DNA of 52,620 bases from Bacteroidales bacterium UBA5235 (lineage in GTDB: Bacteria; Bacteroidota; Bacteroidia; Bacteroidales; VadinHA17). The position numbers and the translations under genes are program-made. The notes below the pieces were generated by a model. It ran no database searches. It saw nothing but the letters and a program-made list of their open reading frames with translations, and was not told the DNA's origin. Shown one piece after another: positions 28,197-39,162 of the stretch. Position 1 is the stretch's first letter. The number at the start of each line of letters is the position of its first letter. The stretch is taken from assembly GCA_002409145.1 (NCBI GenBank), contig DHUL01000040.1:16590-69209 (forward strand), in the 5' to 3' direction.

Positions 28197-30201
28197 GCAA
28201 AGGCTGCGCCGAAATCTTTGTTCCCGTTGCCTGGTTCATCCAGTGCTGTGGCGTCAGTCGGCCGAGGCTGTATATGCGGTCAACCTCATCCGAAAAATCC
28301 TTTCCCTTAAGCTGCTCCTCAATCTGGAACTGTATTATCTGCCCGTATGCATAGTTGGCCAGGTAAAGCGGGGTATTGATCATGTGTGAGTAGATTGCCA
28401 GCAGCGGTGAATCACTCACCCCCAATACAGGTGCAAAATATTTGTTCCAGATATCCGCTGCAATTGCAACAGTCCTGTCCCTGAGCTGGGCGGGAGTTGC
28501 ATCAGGATTCTCATAAAGCCAGTTCCACACACCCATCTCCACCAGGCTCACACCCATAATCTCCATAAGCGACCAGGCGGCATCAAGAGTCTGAAGCTTC
28601 TCCTTCTCAGGGTTTTCATCATTGATTCCAAGGAGCATCAGGTCGCGGTCCTGGAACAAAAAGGCATTAGCCTCTGTGAAAGCCGTGTTGGGCACTCCGG
28701 AAAGTGTGTAATAGTCAACATCATAAAGTGAGATTGTCTGTTCCACGTTGTGGCCGAACTCATGTACCGCGATGTTGTATCCCTTATAGTCCATTCCTTT
28801 ATCTGAAATACGGGTCCTGAGGTGTGACACCGCTCCTTTCATTGCAGCGCCCCATGCATGTCCGGAGCCTCGGGCCGGATCTACAACAATCTTGTCTGCC
28901 AGGTATTTCGCCCTTTCAGGTGACCATCCGAGTTTGATAAGAATAGCGGGCATTCCTGCCCTGAATGCGGCCGGGTCAGGATAGAGAGCAGACGTTTTGG
29001 AAGTTAGCATGCTCTCCGATATTGAACTTCTCGATTTGAATCCGTCATACCATATATCATAAGGCCGGAGGTCACGCCCCAGTCTTTCCTTTATGATCCC
29101 TGCCAGTTGCTTAAGCTGCGGTGAACTCAGGTACTCATTGAAAAGCGCTGCAGCATCCTCCTCGGATATTTCCATCCCTCCCGAGAAACTGCGCAGCATT
29201 GCAGTATTCATTCCCGGATTGTAAGGGTCAATTGCCTTCCATGCATTGAATATGCTTATTACATGTGAGTAACGGGTGTCAGGCTCAGCCTTGGCTTCTG
29301 CGGCAGTGCCATCCTTTGTGACTGTGTTTGAGTAAGGAGCCCATTCATAATCAGGGCTGTTGACAACAATTCCGGGTATCTCCTGCCTGATGATCCGCTC
29401 CATCACCCTGTATACCATTTCCTGCTTTTCGTTACCATTTTCCCTGTCAGCGTAGTTTGACTTGATCTCGTCACGAAGGTTCCAGTGTGAGAGAAGAACC
29501 ATGTCAGCAGGGAAGAGTTGCCGGCCGTCATCGGTTCTCAGCTTTCCCATATGGATATTATACTCTGCAATGTACATCTCGGCATTGCCGATTGCAGTAT
29601 TTGCAGCCTGGTTCAGTTCTGCCGGCACACGTGAGATGAACATATCGCCAAGGCGGGCCATCGCCCACTGCTCCCTGCTCCATCCTCCGCCAAGTTCATC
29701 CTTTTCAGCCAGGGTATAATAGGGAAAATTCAGCGCTACCATGAAGGCTATCTTGTTCTCATAGAAGTCCGATTGCATGTGTGAACTCACCGAGTAGTTT
29801 CCGAACATGCGGTCCACCTCGTCAATCTCCCCTGCTGCCTCATCAAGAATCTTTTTCAGGTCGAGTGTGATCTCGTTCATATTCCCCGCCAGTGATTCCA
29901 TGTAGTTGCTGGTCTTGATGAACACTGCCTTGCGTCTGGCAGGGTCAGAAATATAGTTCGCGGAGACGAAACCGGTAAATTCCTCAGCAGTTCCGTCCTC
30001 CTCGCGCCACAACGAAGCCGCATGACGAACTCCCTTTTCGAGAAGCTGCAAATCAGCCGCTGGTTGTTCTGCAACCACGCGGTCAACAGTTGTCTTAACC
30101 ACCGTTTCACCGATGAATGCTGTTCCTGCTTCACCTCCCTTTTTGGCAGGGGTTGAACAAGCTGTCATTACAATGGCCATAAGGAAAATAATTTTTCTCA
30201 T
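28168..30201 (-). CDS. Lipoprotein, divergent gluzincin (M3/M2-like) metallopeptidase
   Basis: MTAC lipobox, AVHEFGHN, downstream TAFTEA third ligand, late H...Y..NYAYG. Confidence 0.78.
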   Translation of the reverse strand: MRKIIFLMAIVMTACSTPAKKGGEAGTAFIGETVVKTTVDRVVAEQPAADLQLLEKGVRHAASLWREEDGTAEEFTGFVSANYISDPARRKAVFIKTSNYMESLAGNMNEITLDLKKILDEAAGEIDEVDRMFGNYSVSSHMQSDFYENKIAFMVALNFPYYTLAEKDELGGGWSREQWAMARLGDMFISRVPAELNQAANTAIGNAEMYIAEYNIHMGKLRTDDGRQLFPADMVLLSHWNLRDEIKSNYADRENGNEKQEMVYRVMERIIRQEIPGIVVNSPDYEWAPYSNTVTKDGTAAEAKAEPDTRYSHVISIFNAWKAIDPYNPGMNTAMLRSFSGGMEISEEDAAALFNEYLSSPQLKQLAGIIKERLGRDLRPYDIWYDGFKSRSSISESMLTSKTSALYPDPAAFRAGMPAILIKLGWSPERAKYLADKIVVDPARGSGHAWGAAMKGAVSHLRTRISDKGMDYKGYNIAVHEFGHNVEQTISLYDVDYYTLSGVPNTAFTEANAFLFQDRDLMLLGINDENPEKEKLQTLDAAWSLMEIMGVSLVEMGVWNWLYENPDATPAQLRDRTVAIAADIWNKYFAPVLGVSDSPLLAIYSHMINTPLYLANYAYGQIIQFQIEEQLKGKDFSDEVDRIYSLGRLTPQHWMNQATGTKISAQPLLRALDEALK

Positions 30202-30216
30202 ATCTGTTATTTTTGA

Positions 30217-31887
30217 TTATTTCTCGCCGACAACCTGGACGGCGTAGTATTTTGCAGTCAGCTTCTCTCCGGTTGCTCTTTCAATCATCTCATTCCACTC
30301 ATAACGCATGCCGGGCATAAAAACCCTGGTTTTAAAGAATTCGCCCACAGCCTTCATATCCTCACCGGTATTGTCTTTGACTACAGTACCTGTGATGTAT
30401 GCAGAGAACTGGGAGGCCAGCAGCTCTCCAAGAAGGTAATTATGGTAATAGCAAGGGTACAGAGCCACATGAATCTTGGTGGCCCAATCGGGCATGTCAC
30501 GGCCCGCAGGTTCCTTCATCATCTGGTATTTCTCAACCATATCCCACCACAATTGGTTAAGATCCTGGTCCGGATTTTCATACATGGCTTTTTCAAACCT
30601 GTACATCACCTGTGCCCAGCGGCTGAAGACAAGCTGTTGCAATCTGAAGGCATTGAAGGCATCCTTGTTTATCTTCTCTGCCTCCTTCGAGTCAATGATA
30701 CCCATATATTGCATCCAAGCAGGGTCGGTTGCATACCGGCCAAAGAAGTTTGCCACGGCCTCAGTAGTGAATGTGTGTGCTGCATCTCTTATTGCAAAGG
30801 GAAGGGCCCTGTCATTGTAGTAGGAATAGACACCGTGGCCAAGCTCATGCAGTATAGTATTCATCCAATATGAATCAGGCCTGATGTTGTCAAGGGTACG
30901 GACATCACCCTCCCTGTCAATATCTGTCGAGAACGCATGCTGGTTTTTGCCCGGCTTTTCATAAAGATCGCTCCTTACCAGTATTGAATCGACCGGTAAC
31001 CCTATGGATGCATAATAGGAAGCAGCCAGGTTCACCGGGTCCTTGTCGGCATAGTAACTGTCAAAATCAACTGAATATATTTCGGGTGCCTCCTGGAAAT
31101 ACCGGTTCTGGTAATGCCATGGCATTATGTCAGCGGTTGGAATGCCGTATCGTTTTGAATAATAGCCGTCTATCTCACTTTTAAGGGTAGCGAAAGTACC
31201 CCTGGTGAGGCTGTCAAGCTCATCAAAGATCCTGGTAACCTCCTCAGGGTCCTGGCCTGAGAGCTCCAGGCTCATCTGATGAAAGTTGCTGAATCCCAAC
31301 TCCTTTGCGATCTTGTTGCGATGCCTGACAAGCGTTATTATGTCATCAGCCATAACCGGGCCTATCTTCTTATGGCCTTCCCATGCTGCCTGAAGCTCTG
31401 CAGAATTGGTTGAATTTCGCAGGATATCCTCCACCTCATTGTCACTCAGCATCTTTCCATTGACCTCAGCTCTGAATGAGTTGAATTTCTTCGTTATCTC
31501 CGTCTCCATCCTCACCTGTTCGGCAAGAAGGCTTGTGTCAACCTGACCTGAAAGGAACTGGTTGTAGATTACTTCCAGCTGTCTTGAGAGCAGTGGATCT
31601 TTCACCAATCCCGATTCCTTCAGTTCCTTAAGTTCGGCGAATGCCTTTTTATCAGTAAAGTAACTGATAAATGCCACAGAGGCTTTTTCGTTTCTCGCCC
31701 ATGCCTCATCGGTACCGGTCACATTGGCATCCCATGAAGAGAGGGCCGATTCCTTGTAAAGGGGGATTACCGCCGTCTCGTAAGACGATATGAAAGTCCT
31801 CATCCTGTTCTCCATCTTTTCCTGTTTTGAAGTGCATGACCCAAGAACGGTCACGACTGCAATAAATAAGATAATTGTTCTTTTCAT
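30217..31887 (-). CDS. Lipoprotein, M3/M2-family zinc oligopeptidase
   Basis: LGSC lipobox, DLYEKPGKNQHAF, LHELGH, FTTEA, FEKAMY, KIHVA..PCYYHNY. Confidence 0.88.
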   Translation of the reverse strand: MKRTIILFIAVVTVLGSCTSKQEKMENRMRTFISSYETAVIPLYKESALSSWDANVTGTDEAWARNEKASVAFISYFTDKKAFAELKELKESGLVKDPLLSRQLEVIYNQFLSGQVDTSLLAEQVRMETEITKKFNSFRAEVNGKMLSDNEVEDILRNSTNSAELQAAWEGHKKIGPVMADDIITLVRHRNKIAKELGFSNFHQMSLELSGQDPEEVTRIFDELDSLTRGTFATLKSEIDGYYSKRYGIPTADIMPWHYQNRYFQEAPEIYSVDFDSYYADKDPVNLAASYYASIGLPVDSILVRSDLYEKPGKNQHAFSTDIDREGDVRTLDNIRPDSYWMNTILHELGHGVYSYYNDRALPFAIRDAAHTFTTEAVANFFGRYATDPAWMQYMGIIDSKEAEKINKDAFNAFRLQQLVFSRWAQVMYRFEKAMYENPDQDLNQLWWDMVEKYQMMKEPAGRDMPDWATKIHVALYPCYYHNYLLGELLASQFSAYITGTVVKDNTGEDMKAVGEFFKTRVFMPGMRYEWNEMIERATGEKLTAKYYAVQVVGEK

Positions 31888-32024
31888 CAGTTTTGAAATT
31901 GGGTGACGCTAAGGTAGAAAAATCATGCAAGACAGACCATGATGCCGGTCATATATTGGAAGAACCGGACAGGATCTTCCTGCCGGTTCCCCGACCAATG
32001 AATCAAGTATTTGAGGAAAGTTTC

Positions 32025-32210
32025 TTAGTTCACTTTATCCTTCCTGATCTTCTCGAACAGGCTGGCAATGACATCATCAGACGGTGTATCATCCATGTCA
32101 GGAAGCAGAACGCCAAGGGCGGTGTCTATGCCGAAGGCATCTGCAATCAAATCTGACGGGGTATTCGTGATCTCAAAATATGAAAGTAAGAGGGTAGAAT
32201 TCTTATCCAT
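32025..32210 (-). CDS. Small hypothetical protein downstream of the ECF sigma factor
   Basis: 61-aa ORF MDKNSTL...PSDDVIASL; start uncertain (32210, 32228 or 32294). Confidence 0.55.
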   Translation of the reverse strand: MDKNSTLLLSYFEITNTPSDLIADAFGIDTALGVLLPDMDDTPSDDVIASLFEKIRKDKVN

Positions 32211-32262
32211 AGGCGTTTCTGTTCTCATATCAGAAAAACGCCTGCTTGAATCAAAAATTGTA

Positions 32263-32850
32263 TCAGCCGACTGAAAGGGTGATATTTTTTTCAACCATTA
32301 TTTTGCGCATGTTGATAAGCGCATACCTCATCCTACCGAGTGCAGTGTTAATGCTTACTCCTGTCATGTCAGCAATTTCCTTGAAGCTCATCCCCGCATA
32401 GTGACGCATTATGACAACCTCACGCTGATCCTCGGGAAGTCCGTTGACAAGGCGCCTTACATCACGCATGACCTGACGACGAACAATTACATCCTCAACA
32501 TTGTCATCCGTCAGCTTCTTTGAATTGAAAAGATCAGTCTCATAATCATCATTGAGAACAATGCCCATCTGTTTCTCGTGCCTGAAATGATCAATAATAA
32601 GGTTGTGAGCTATCCTCATTACCCAGGAGATAAACTTGCCATCGTCCTGGTAACGGCCTGACCGTATCGACTGAACTACTTTGAGGAAGGTATCCTGGAA
32701 AATATCATCGGCCAGGTCCCTGTTCCGGATGTAAAGGCTTATATAGGAATAGACTTTACTTTTGTGTCGGAGGATGAGCAGCTCTATGCTTCTCTCATTA
32801 CCGTTCATGAAGCTGGTAATAAGCTCATAATCGGTCATTTTGCTCTTCAT
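32263..32850 (-). CDS. ECF sigma-70 family RNA polymerase sigma factor
   Basis: ADDIFQDTF, F.SWVMRIAHN..IDHFR, LPEDQREV, MSFKEIA..TGVSINTALGRMRYA. Confidence 0.95.
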   Translation of the reverse strand: MKSKMTDYELITSFMNGNERSIELLILRHKSKVYSYISLYIRNRDLADDIFQDTFLKVVQSIRSGRYQDDGKFISWVMRIAHNLIIDHFRHEKQMGIVLNDDYETDLFNSKKLTDDNVEDVIVRRQVMRDVRRLVNGLPEDQREVVIMRHYAGMSFKEIADMTGVSINTALGRMRYALINMRKIMVEKNITLSVG

Positions 32851-33017
32851 AACTAACTCTATTATTGGTTTCGGGTAGAGTTATACGATAGGCGGTCCTC
32901 CTTTGTTGCGTTGTTGTTTTTTTTCTTGTTTACTGATGGCTTATACGGGGTGATATTCTGTTTTGTTTCATTTCTGTAAGAGACAAAGAAAACAAAAAAT
33001 TGTAAATTCAAAATTGT

Positions 33018-33025
33018 TAATTTTG
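33018..33025 (+). promoter_or_regulatory. Bacteroidota -7 promoter box for uvrA
   Basis: TAATTTTG 22 bp upstream of the ATG. Confidence 0.55.
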
Positions 33026-33047
33026 CCAACTTATCAACCAGGGCTGA

Positions 33048-35834
33048 ATGAAGGGTAATATTGAGATAAAGGGAGCGCGTGTTCACAACCTCAAGGAGAT
33101 TACCCTCTCGATACCACGAAACAGTCTTGTGATCATTACCGGCGTCTCCGGGTCAGGCAAGTCGTCGCTGGCGTTTGATACCATCTATGCCGAAGGACAG
33201 CGAAGGTATGTCGAAAGTCTCTCCTCCTATGCCCGGCAGTTTCTGGGCAGGATGAACAAGCCCGATGTCGATTTTATCAATGGCATCCCCCCTGCCATTG
33301 CAATCGAACAGAAGGTCAATGCCAGGAATCCCAGGTCAACCGTCGGGACTTCTACCGAGATATTCGACTATCTGCGCCTTCTCTGGGCTCGTGTGGGACG
33401 AACCATTTCCCCGGTATCAGGACGGGAGGTGCGGCGTCATACGGTGGATGACGTTGTCAATTATCTTGCAACGCTCACTCCCGGCACCAGGGTAGTTCTT
33501 ACCGCACCTGTTAAGGTGCCTGAGAATGTGGATGGCGCTGAATATATCAGGTTCCTTCTCAAGCAGGGCTACAACCGTATCAGCACTGAAAAGGGTGTTA
33601 TTCGTCTCGACGAGGAGGGAGCAGCCGGGTTAATAGACAGAATGCGCCATGCAGACCTCATAATAGACAGGTTTGCTGCAGGGAATTCTCCGGAGGAACT
33701 GAGTCGCGCGGCTGATTCGGTACAAACAGCCTTCCTGACCGGAAGAGGAGAAATAAACCTTACTGTCACCGACGAGGAAACCACCCAGACCGTTAAGTTC
33801 TCCGACAGGTTTGAGGAAGACGGCATCGCCTTCGAGGAACCGACGGAACATCTTTTCAGTTTCAACTCCCCGCTGGGAGCGTGCCCTGTCTGCGAGGGCT
33901 ACGGGAAGATAATAGGCATAGACGAGAATCTCGTCATCCCTGATGAAAACCTCTCAGTATATGATAATGCCATTGCCTGCTGGCGTGGAGAGATTATGAA
34001 GCAGTGGAAGGACCGGCTCATCTACAGTGCCGACAAATTCGACTTTCCCATTCATAAGCCCTGGTACAAACTGACCCCTGAGCAGAAGGCGCTGGTATGG
34101 AATGGCAACAGGTACTTCTTCGGGCTGAACCGCTTCTTCGAACACCTTGAGGAGAAGAAGTACAAGATCCAGTACAGGGTCATGCTCAGCCGCTACCGGG
34201 GCAAACGTACCTGTCCGGAATGCGGCGGAATGCGACTGCGCAAGGAAGCCGGTTATGTAAAAGTGGGTGGCAGGTCGATTACCGGGGTCACCTCAATTCC
34301 CATCAGTGAAGCGCACAGCTTCTTCGAACACCTTGTGCTCAACGGCGAGGAAAAGGAAATTGCCGGCCGCCTTCTGAAGGAGATACAGCAACGGCTCGGT
34401 TTCCTGGTTGACGTGGGGCTATCATATCTTACCCTCGACAGGCTTTCAAATACGCTGTCGGGAGGTGAATCACAACGAATCAACCTGGCTACCTCTCTCG
34501 GGAGCAGCCTTGTGGGCTCTCTTTATATCCTCGACGAGCCAAGTATCGGTCTCCATCCGCGTGACACAGCGCTCCTGGTCAATGTGCTGAAGGAACTGCG
34601 TGACCTTGGCAACACGGTTATTGTCGTTGAACATGAGGAGGAGATCATACGGGCTGCCGATCAGATTATAGATATGGGACCTGCTGCCGGCACCCATGGC
34701 GGTGAGATAATATACCAGGGCACCGTCAGGTTCCCGAAGAAAAACAACTCACTTACAGCCGCATATATGACAGGAGCGCTCCGTATAGAGACCCCGGCTG
34801 TCCGCCGCAAATGGCATAGCTTCATCGCTGTTCGCGGAGCCCGCGAGAATAACCTGAAGGATATAGATGTCAGGTTCCCTTTGCGTACGATCACCGCTGT
34901 GACCGGGGTCAGCGGATCAGGCAAGAGCACACTTGTTCATGATATCCTCTTCAACGCACTCTCCTCGAGGCTTGGAGGCAACGGTGTGAAAGCCGGCCGC
35001 TTCACCGCACTGGAGGGAGACATCACAAGCATCACGGCCGTGGAGCTGATAGACCAGGATCCCATTGGCAAGTCAAGCCGGTCAAATCCGGTAACCTACC
35101 TGAAGGCCTTCGATGATATTCGCAAGCTTTTTGCCGATCAACAGGCCTCAGTGCAGGCAGGGTTCAAACCTGCGCACTTCTCCTTTAACACGGAGGGAGG
35201 CCGGTGCGAGGAGTGCCAGGGCGAAGGAGTCATCAGGGTGGAGATGCAGTTCATGGCCGATGTTGAACTCACATGTGAGGCATGCAAGGGAATGCGCTAT
35301 AAACGAGATATCCTCGATGTCAGGTTCAACGGGAAAAATATTTACGAGGTGCTCGGGATGACGATAGATGAGGCAATTGAGTTTTTCGGCAGGAGCAAAG
35401 ACAAAACCTGTCAGAAGATTGCCTCAAAACTCAGACCGCTTGCTGACGTGGGGCTCGGATATGTGAGACTCGGGCAATCGTCTTCAACCCTCTCCGGAGG
35501 TGAGAGTCAGAGGGTTAAGCTGGCATTCTACCTCAGCCAGGAGAAGAGCACCGAAAAGATGCTTTTCATCTTTGATGAACCCACCACCGGCCTTCATTTC
35601 CATGACATAAGCAAGCTGATGAAGTCACTCAATGCACTGGTTGAGCATGGGCACTCGGTGATACTCATAGAACATAACGTAGAGGTAATAAAGTGCTCTG
35701 ACTGGGTGATTGACCTTGGCCCCGAGGGAGGCGAAAAGGGCGGATATGTAGTTTTCGAGGGAACACCAGAGCAGCTTGCTCAGTGCGAATCGTCATATAC
35801 TGCCGCCTTCCTGAAACAAAAACTGGCGATCTGA
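33048..35834 (+). CDS. uvrA: Excinuclease ABC subunit A
   Basis: GARVHNLK, two Walker A motifs (TGVSGSGKS), two LSGGE signatures, CxxC zinc fingers. Confidence 0.97.
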   Translation: MKGNIEIKGARVHNLKEITLSIPRNSLVIITGVSGSGKSSLAFDTIYAEGQRRYVESLSSYARQFLGRMNKPDVDFINGIPPAIAIEQKVNARNPRSTVGTSTEIFDYLRLLWARVGRTISPVSGREVRRHTVDDVVNYLATLTPGTRVVLTAPVKVPENVDGAEYIRFLLKQGYNRISTEKGVIRLDEEGAAGLIDRMRHADLIIDRFAAGNSPEELSRAADSVQTAFLTGRGEINLTVTDEETTQTVKFSDRFEEDGIAFEEPTEHLFSFNSPLGACPVCEGYGKIIGIDENLVIPDENLSVYDNAIACWRGEIMKQWKDRLIYSADKFDFPIHKPWYKLTPEQKALVWNGNRYFFGLNRFFEHLEEKKYKIQYRVMLSRYRGKRTCPECGGMRLRKEAGYVKVGGRSITGVTSIPISEAHSFFEHLVLNGEEKEIAGRLLKEIQQRLGFLVDVGLSYLTLDRLSNTLSGGESQRINLATSLGSSLVGSLYILDEPSIGLHPRDTALLVNVLKELRDLGNTVIVVEHEEEIIRAADQIIDMGPAAGTHGGEIIYQGTVRFPKKNNSLTAAYMTGALRIETPAVRRKWHSFIAVRGARENNLKDIDVRFPLRTITAVTGVSGSGKSTLVHDILFNALSSRLGGNGVKAGRFTALEGDITSITAVELIDQDPIGKSSRSNPVTYLKAFDDIRKLFADQQASVQAGFKPAHFSFNTEGGRCEECQGEGVIRVEMQFMADVELTCEACKGMRYKRDILDVRFNGKNIYEVLGMTIDEAIEFFGRSKDKTCQKIASKLRPLADVGLGYVRLGQSSSTLSGGESQRVKLAFYLSQEKSTEKMLFIFDEPTTGLHFHDISKLMKSLNALVEHGHSVILIEHNVEVIKCSDWVIDLGPEGGEKGGYVVFEGTPEQLAQCESSYTAAFLKQKLAI

Positions 35835-35889
35835 AGGAGACAGTATGTCTCATCTCTGTTATATTTGTTCAACTTAAGACAAATATTAA

Positions 35890-36795
35890 ATGGCTATGGG
35901 GACATTGCTTTTAACAGGATTCTTTTCGTTATCATGGCTCGAAGGATATGATTCGCCGTTCCGGGAACTGGTCATTACCTGGATTACCATTATGCTGGTT
36001 GTGGCGGTGCTCTGCTTCATTGTAAGCGAGATAACACGCAATTACAGCCAGGTCGACAAGCTCTGGAGCCTTCTGCCACCCGCCTACAGCTGGGTCACTG
36101 TGGCTGCCGTCCCCTCGGCCAGGACAGTAATCATGGCAGCACTTGTAACTATCTGGGGACTGCGCCTCAGCTACAATTTTCACCGTAAGGGCGGTTACAG
36201 TATCATCCCATGGAAGGGAGAAGAGGACTATCGGTGGAAGATACTCAGGGAGAGCTCCGCACTTAAAGGCCGGCTGCGATTCGGAGTGTTCAATCTATTG
36301 TTCATTTCACTGTACCAGAATGTTATCATCCTGCTCTTCACCACACCTATCCTCATGGCAGCACTTCATCCCGGGATTCCCCTGGGTGTAATTGATATCC
36401 TGACTGCAGTGCTGATGCTCACTTTCCTGATAACCGAGACTGTTGCCGACAACCAGCAGTTCAGGTTCCAGACAATGAAGCGTTCGGCCTCAGGCGGGGA
36501 GCAGGAGTACCGCGACTCACTGAAAAAGGGTTTCCTGACCGAGGGATTGTGGAAATATGTCCGCCATCCTAATTTTGCGTCTGAACAGGCTATCTGGATC
36601 AGCTTCTATTTCTTCGGAGTGGCTGCCTCCGGCAAGTGGATAAACTTCACCCTGTCCGGACCTGTTTTGCTGGTACTTCTCTTTATAGGCAGTTCCATCA
36701 TGACCGAGAAGATCAGCAGCAGCAAGTACCCGGATTATTCAACCTATCAGAAGGATGTCCCCAAATTCATTCCGCGGATCTTCAGAAAAAAATAA
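35890..36795 (+). CDS. DUF1295 / steroid 5-alpha-reductase-like membrane protein
   Basis: NYSQVD..WS, WGLRL, EDYRW, ETVADNQQ, GLW..VRHPNF..E. Confidence 0.88.
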   Translation: MAMGTLLLTGFFSLSWLEGYDSPFRELVITWITIMLVVAVLCFIVSEITRNYSQVDKLWSLLPPAYSWVTVAAVPSARTVIMAALVTIWGLRLSYNFHRKGGYSIIPWKGEEDYRWKILRESSALKGRLRFGVFNLLFISLYQNVIILLFTTPILMAALHPGIPLGVIDILTAVLMLTFLITETVADNQQFRFQTMKRSASGGEQEYRDSLKKGFLTEGLWKYVRHPNFASEQAIWISFYFFGVAASGKWINFTLSGPVLLVLLFIGSSIMTEKISSSKYPDYSTYQKDVPKFIPRIFRKK

Positions 36796-36826
36796 AAATC
36801 ATGCTGTCAACAGGTCAGTAAGATGG

Positions 36827-37882
36827 TCAGTCTGACTCCGGGCGGAAAAATTTCACCTTCATCCGGAGTGCCACATTTACAAGGGCTATCATGACAGGCA
36901 CCTCTATCATCGGCCCGATCACGGCAGCAAACGCTTCGCCTGAATTAATACCGAAAACAGCAATGGCAACAGCTATTGCAAGCTCGAAGTTGTTGCTTGC
37001 TGCGGTGAACGACAATGTTGCGGTCTGCTCATAATTTGCCCCCACCCGTCTGCTCATGAAGAAGGAGACAAAGAACATTATTACAAAATAGATCACAAGC
37101 GGTATGGAAATCCTGACCACATCCAGTGGTATCCTGACTATATACTCTCCCTTCAGTGAAAACATTACGAAGATTGTAAAGAGGAGGGCAATCAGGGTAA
37201 GAGGACTGATCCTCGGGATAAACTTAGAATGGTACCACTCCTTGCTCTTCACCCGTACCAGTATGAACCTTGTCAGGAATCCGGCAATGAAAGGTATTCC
37301 GAGGTAGATAAAGACACTCTTCGCTATCTGGCCGATGGTGATCTGCTCAACGGCATCGTTCACCGGCAGGCCGAACCAGCCAGGCAGTACAGCAATAAAA
37401 AGATAGGCGTATAGTGAGAAAAAAAGCACCTGAAAAATCGAGTTGAATGCCACCAACCCTGCAGCATACTGCGTATCACCTTTCGCCAGGTCATTCCAGA
37501 CAATCACCATGGCTATACACCGTGCCAGGCCGATCAATATCAGCCCATACATATAATCAATATTGAACCTCAGAAAAATTATGGCCAGAAGGAACATGAG
37601 AACAGGGCCGATTACCCAGTTCTGCACAAGGGACAGCCCTAACACCCTTGTGTTTCTGAAGACATCAGGCAGCTCTTCATACTTCACTTTCGCCAGCGGC
37701 GGATACATCATCACAATTAATCCTATGGCAATTGGTATGTTGGTTGTCCCGCTCGAGAGGCTGTTCCAGAATCCGGCAATCTCAGGGCTGATCCATCCGA
37801 TTACAACCCCGGCAAGCATAGCCATGATAATCCAGAGGGTGAGATAGCGGTCAAGCAGTTTGAGACGTTTTTTTGAAGGCAT
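36827..37882 (-). CDS. acr3: ACR3-family arsenite efflux transporter
   Basis: [56 protein letters not shown]. Confidence 0.96.
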   Translation of the reverse strand: MPSKKRLKLLDRYLTLWIIMAMLAGVVIGWISPEIAGFWNSLSSGTTNIPIAIGLIVMMYPPLAKVKYEELPDVFRNTRVLGLSLVQNWVIGPVLMFLLAIIFLRFNIDYMYGLILIGLARCIAMVIVWNDLAKGDTQYAAGLVAFNSIFQVLFFSLYAYLFIAVLPGWFGLPVNDAVEQITIGQIAKSVFIYLGIPFIAGFLTRFILVRVKSKEWYHSKFIPRISPLTLIALLFTIFVMFSLKGEYIVRIPLDVVRISIPLVIYFVIMFFVSFFMSRRVGANYEQTATLSFTAASNNFELAIAVAIAVFGINSGEAFAAVIGPMIEVPVMIALVNVALRMKVKFFRPESD

Positions 37883-37886
37883 GGTT

Positions 37887-37928
37887 GGAGTTGCGATTTG
37901 GGATTTACGAGTTGGGAGTTGGGAGTTG
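37887..37928. repeat. Degenerate heptamer tandem repeat (GGAGTTG/CGATTTG-like, 6 units)
   Basis: Fills most of the arsM-acr3 spacer; contains GCGATTT, the reverse complement of the AAATCGC unit at 15356. Confidence 0.8.
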
Positions 37929-37932
37929 AGAT

Positions 37933-38712
37933 TCAGGGCTTGATGGCTGATACGGTTATGCTGTATACTCCGTTGCCATCACTATCTTCGGCAGGATCAA
38001 TAATGCCCTCCGGCAGCTCAATCTTCTTTTGCTTGTGGATATTTATGTCAGTGAACCCGGCATCCTGAATGAACCTGAGATACTGATCCAGGGCTGAGGC
38101 TCCGGAAACGCATCCGACATATAGCTCTGCATCTGACCGTGCCCTGTCTGACAATATTCCCTTTACCACCACGTCTGATACGCTGAAATGTCCGCCACTC
38201 TTTAATACCCTGAATACCTCGTGGAACGCCTTCTGTTTATCAGGCACCAGGTTGAGCACACAGTTTGAAAGAACTACATCATAGTTGTTGTCAGGAAGCG
38301 GCATCTCCTCAATATCTCCCCTGACAAACTCCACGTTTGTGTAACCAAGTTTTTTCCTGTTTTCTTCAGCCTTATGAAGCATCTGCTCAGTAAAATCCAG
38401 GCCTGTCACATGGCCTGTCTCGCCCGTCAGGGCCCTGGCCACGAAGCAGTCATTGCCGGCACCGCTGCCAAGATCAAGCACCCGGTCTCCGGGCCTGATC
38501 GAGGCATACTCAACAGGAATGCCGCACCCGAGACTCAGGTCAGCATCAGGCAAATATCCGTTTAAATGATCGTAGCTCTCATTAAAGTTACTGATCCCCT
38601 CCGAAGAGCAGCATGCCGATTTGCTGCAACATGATCCGTATAAGGCTTCATCTGACAATGCAATTTTCCCGTACTTCTCCTGTACGATAAGTTTCAGTTC
38701 TGATGGTTTCAT
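37933..38712 (-). CDS. arsM: Arsenite S-adenosylmethionine methyltransferase
   Basis: N-terminal CC pairs, [36 protein letters not shown]; ars context. Confidence 0.95.
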   Translation of the reverse strand: MKPSELKLIVQEKYGKIALSDEALYGSCCSKSACCSSEGISNFNESYDHLNGYLPDADLSLGCGIPVEYASIRPGDRVLDLGSGAGNDCFVARALTGETGHVTGLDFTEQMLHKAEENRKKLGYTNVEFVRGDIEEMPLPDNNYDVVLSNCVLNLVPDKQKAFHEVFRVLKSGGHFSVSDVVVKGILSDRARSDAELYVGCVSGASALDQYLRFIQDAGFTDINIHKQKKIELPEGIIDPAEDSDGNGVYSITVSAIKP

Positions 38713-38717
38713 TGGCG

Positions 38718-39143
38718 TTACTTAATGGTTTCGTTATAAAACTTAAGAAATGTCTCGTGTATCCGGTCACGGATCCTGATATACTCTCCGTGAATGAACT
38801 TCTGAGTACCTGTTGCATGAGATGGGTCCTCGAAGCCGAGATGCAGTCTGTGCCTAACCTTGCCGGAAAACAGAGGGCAGGTCTCATTGGCCTGATCACA
38901 GACAGTGATTACATAATCCCACTCCTCTTCAAGGTATTCATCCACAGGGTGCGGAGTATGATGGCTGATGTCAATTCCGAGTTCTGCCATCACCTCAACG
39001 GCTTTCTGGTTGATCCGGACTGCCGGTTCCGTGCCTGCGGATCTGACATAAAGATTTTCATCGAATGATTCCAGGAACCCGTGAGCCATCTGGCTCCGGC
39101 AACTGTTGCCGGTACAGAGGATCAGTATTTTTATTTTGTGCAT
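38718..39143 (-). CDS. arsC: Thioredoxin-coupled arsenate reductase (LMW-PTP fold)
   Basis: CTGNSCRSQMA, SAG, ITVCDQANETCP, FEDP. Confidence 0.95.
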   Translation of the reverse strand: MHKIKILILCTGNSCRSQMAHGFLESFDENLYVRSAGTEPAVRINQKAVEVMAELGIDISHHTPHPVDEYLEEEWDYVITVCDQANETCPLFSGKVRHRLHLGFEDPSHATGTQKFIHGEYIRIRDRIHETFLKFYNETIK

Positions 39144-39162
39144 GTTATCTGTCTCTTGTAAG

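Noticed and set aside
31955-32000. Hairpin GAACCGGACAGGA-tct-TCCTGCCGGTTC as terminator or small RNA
   Set aside because: No adjacent U tract on either strand and no family features; function not supportable
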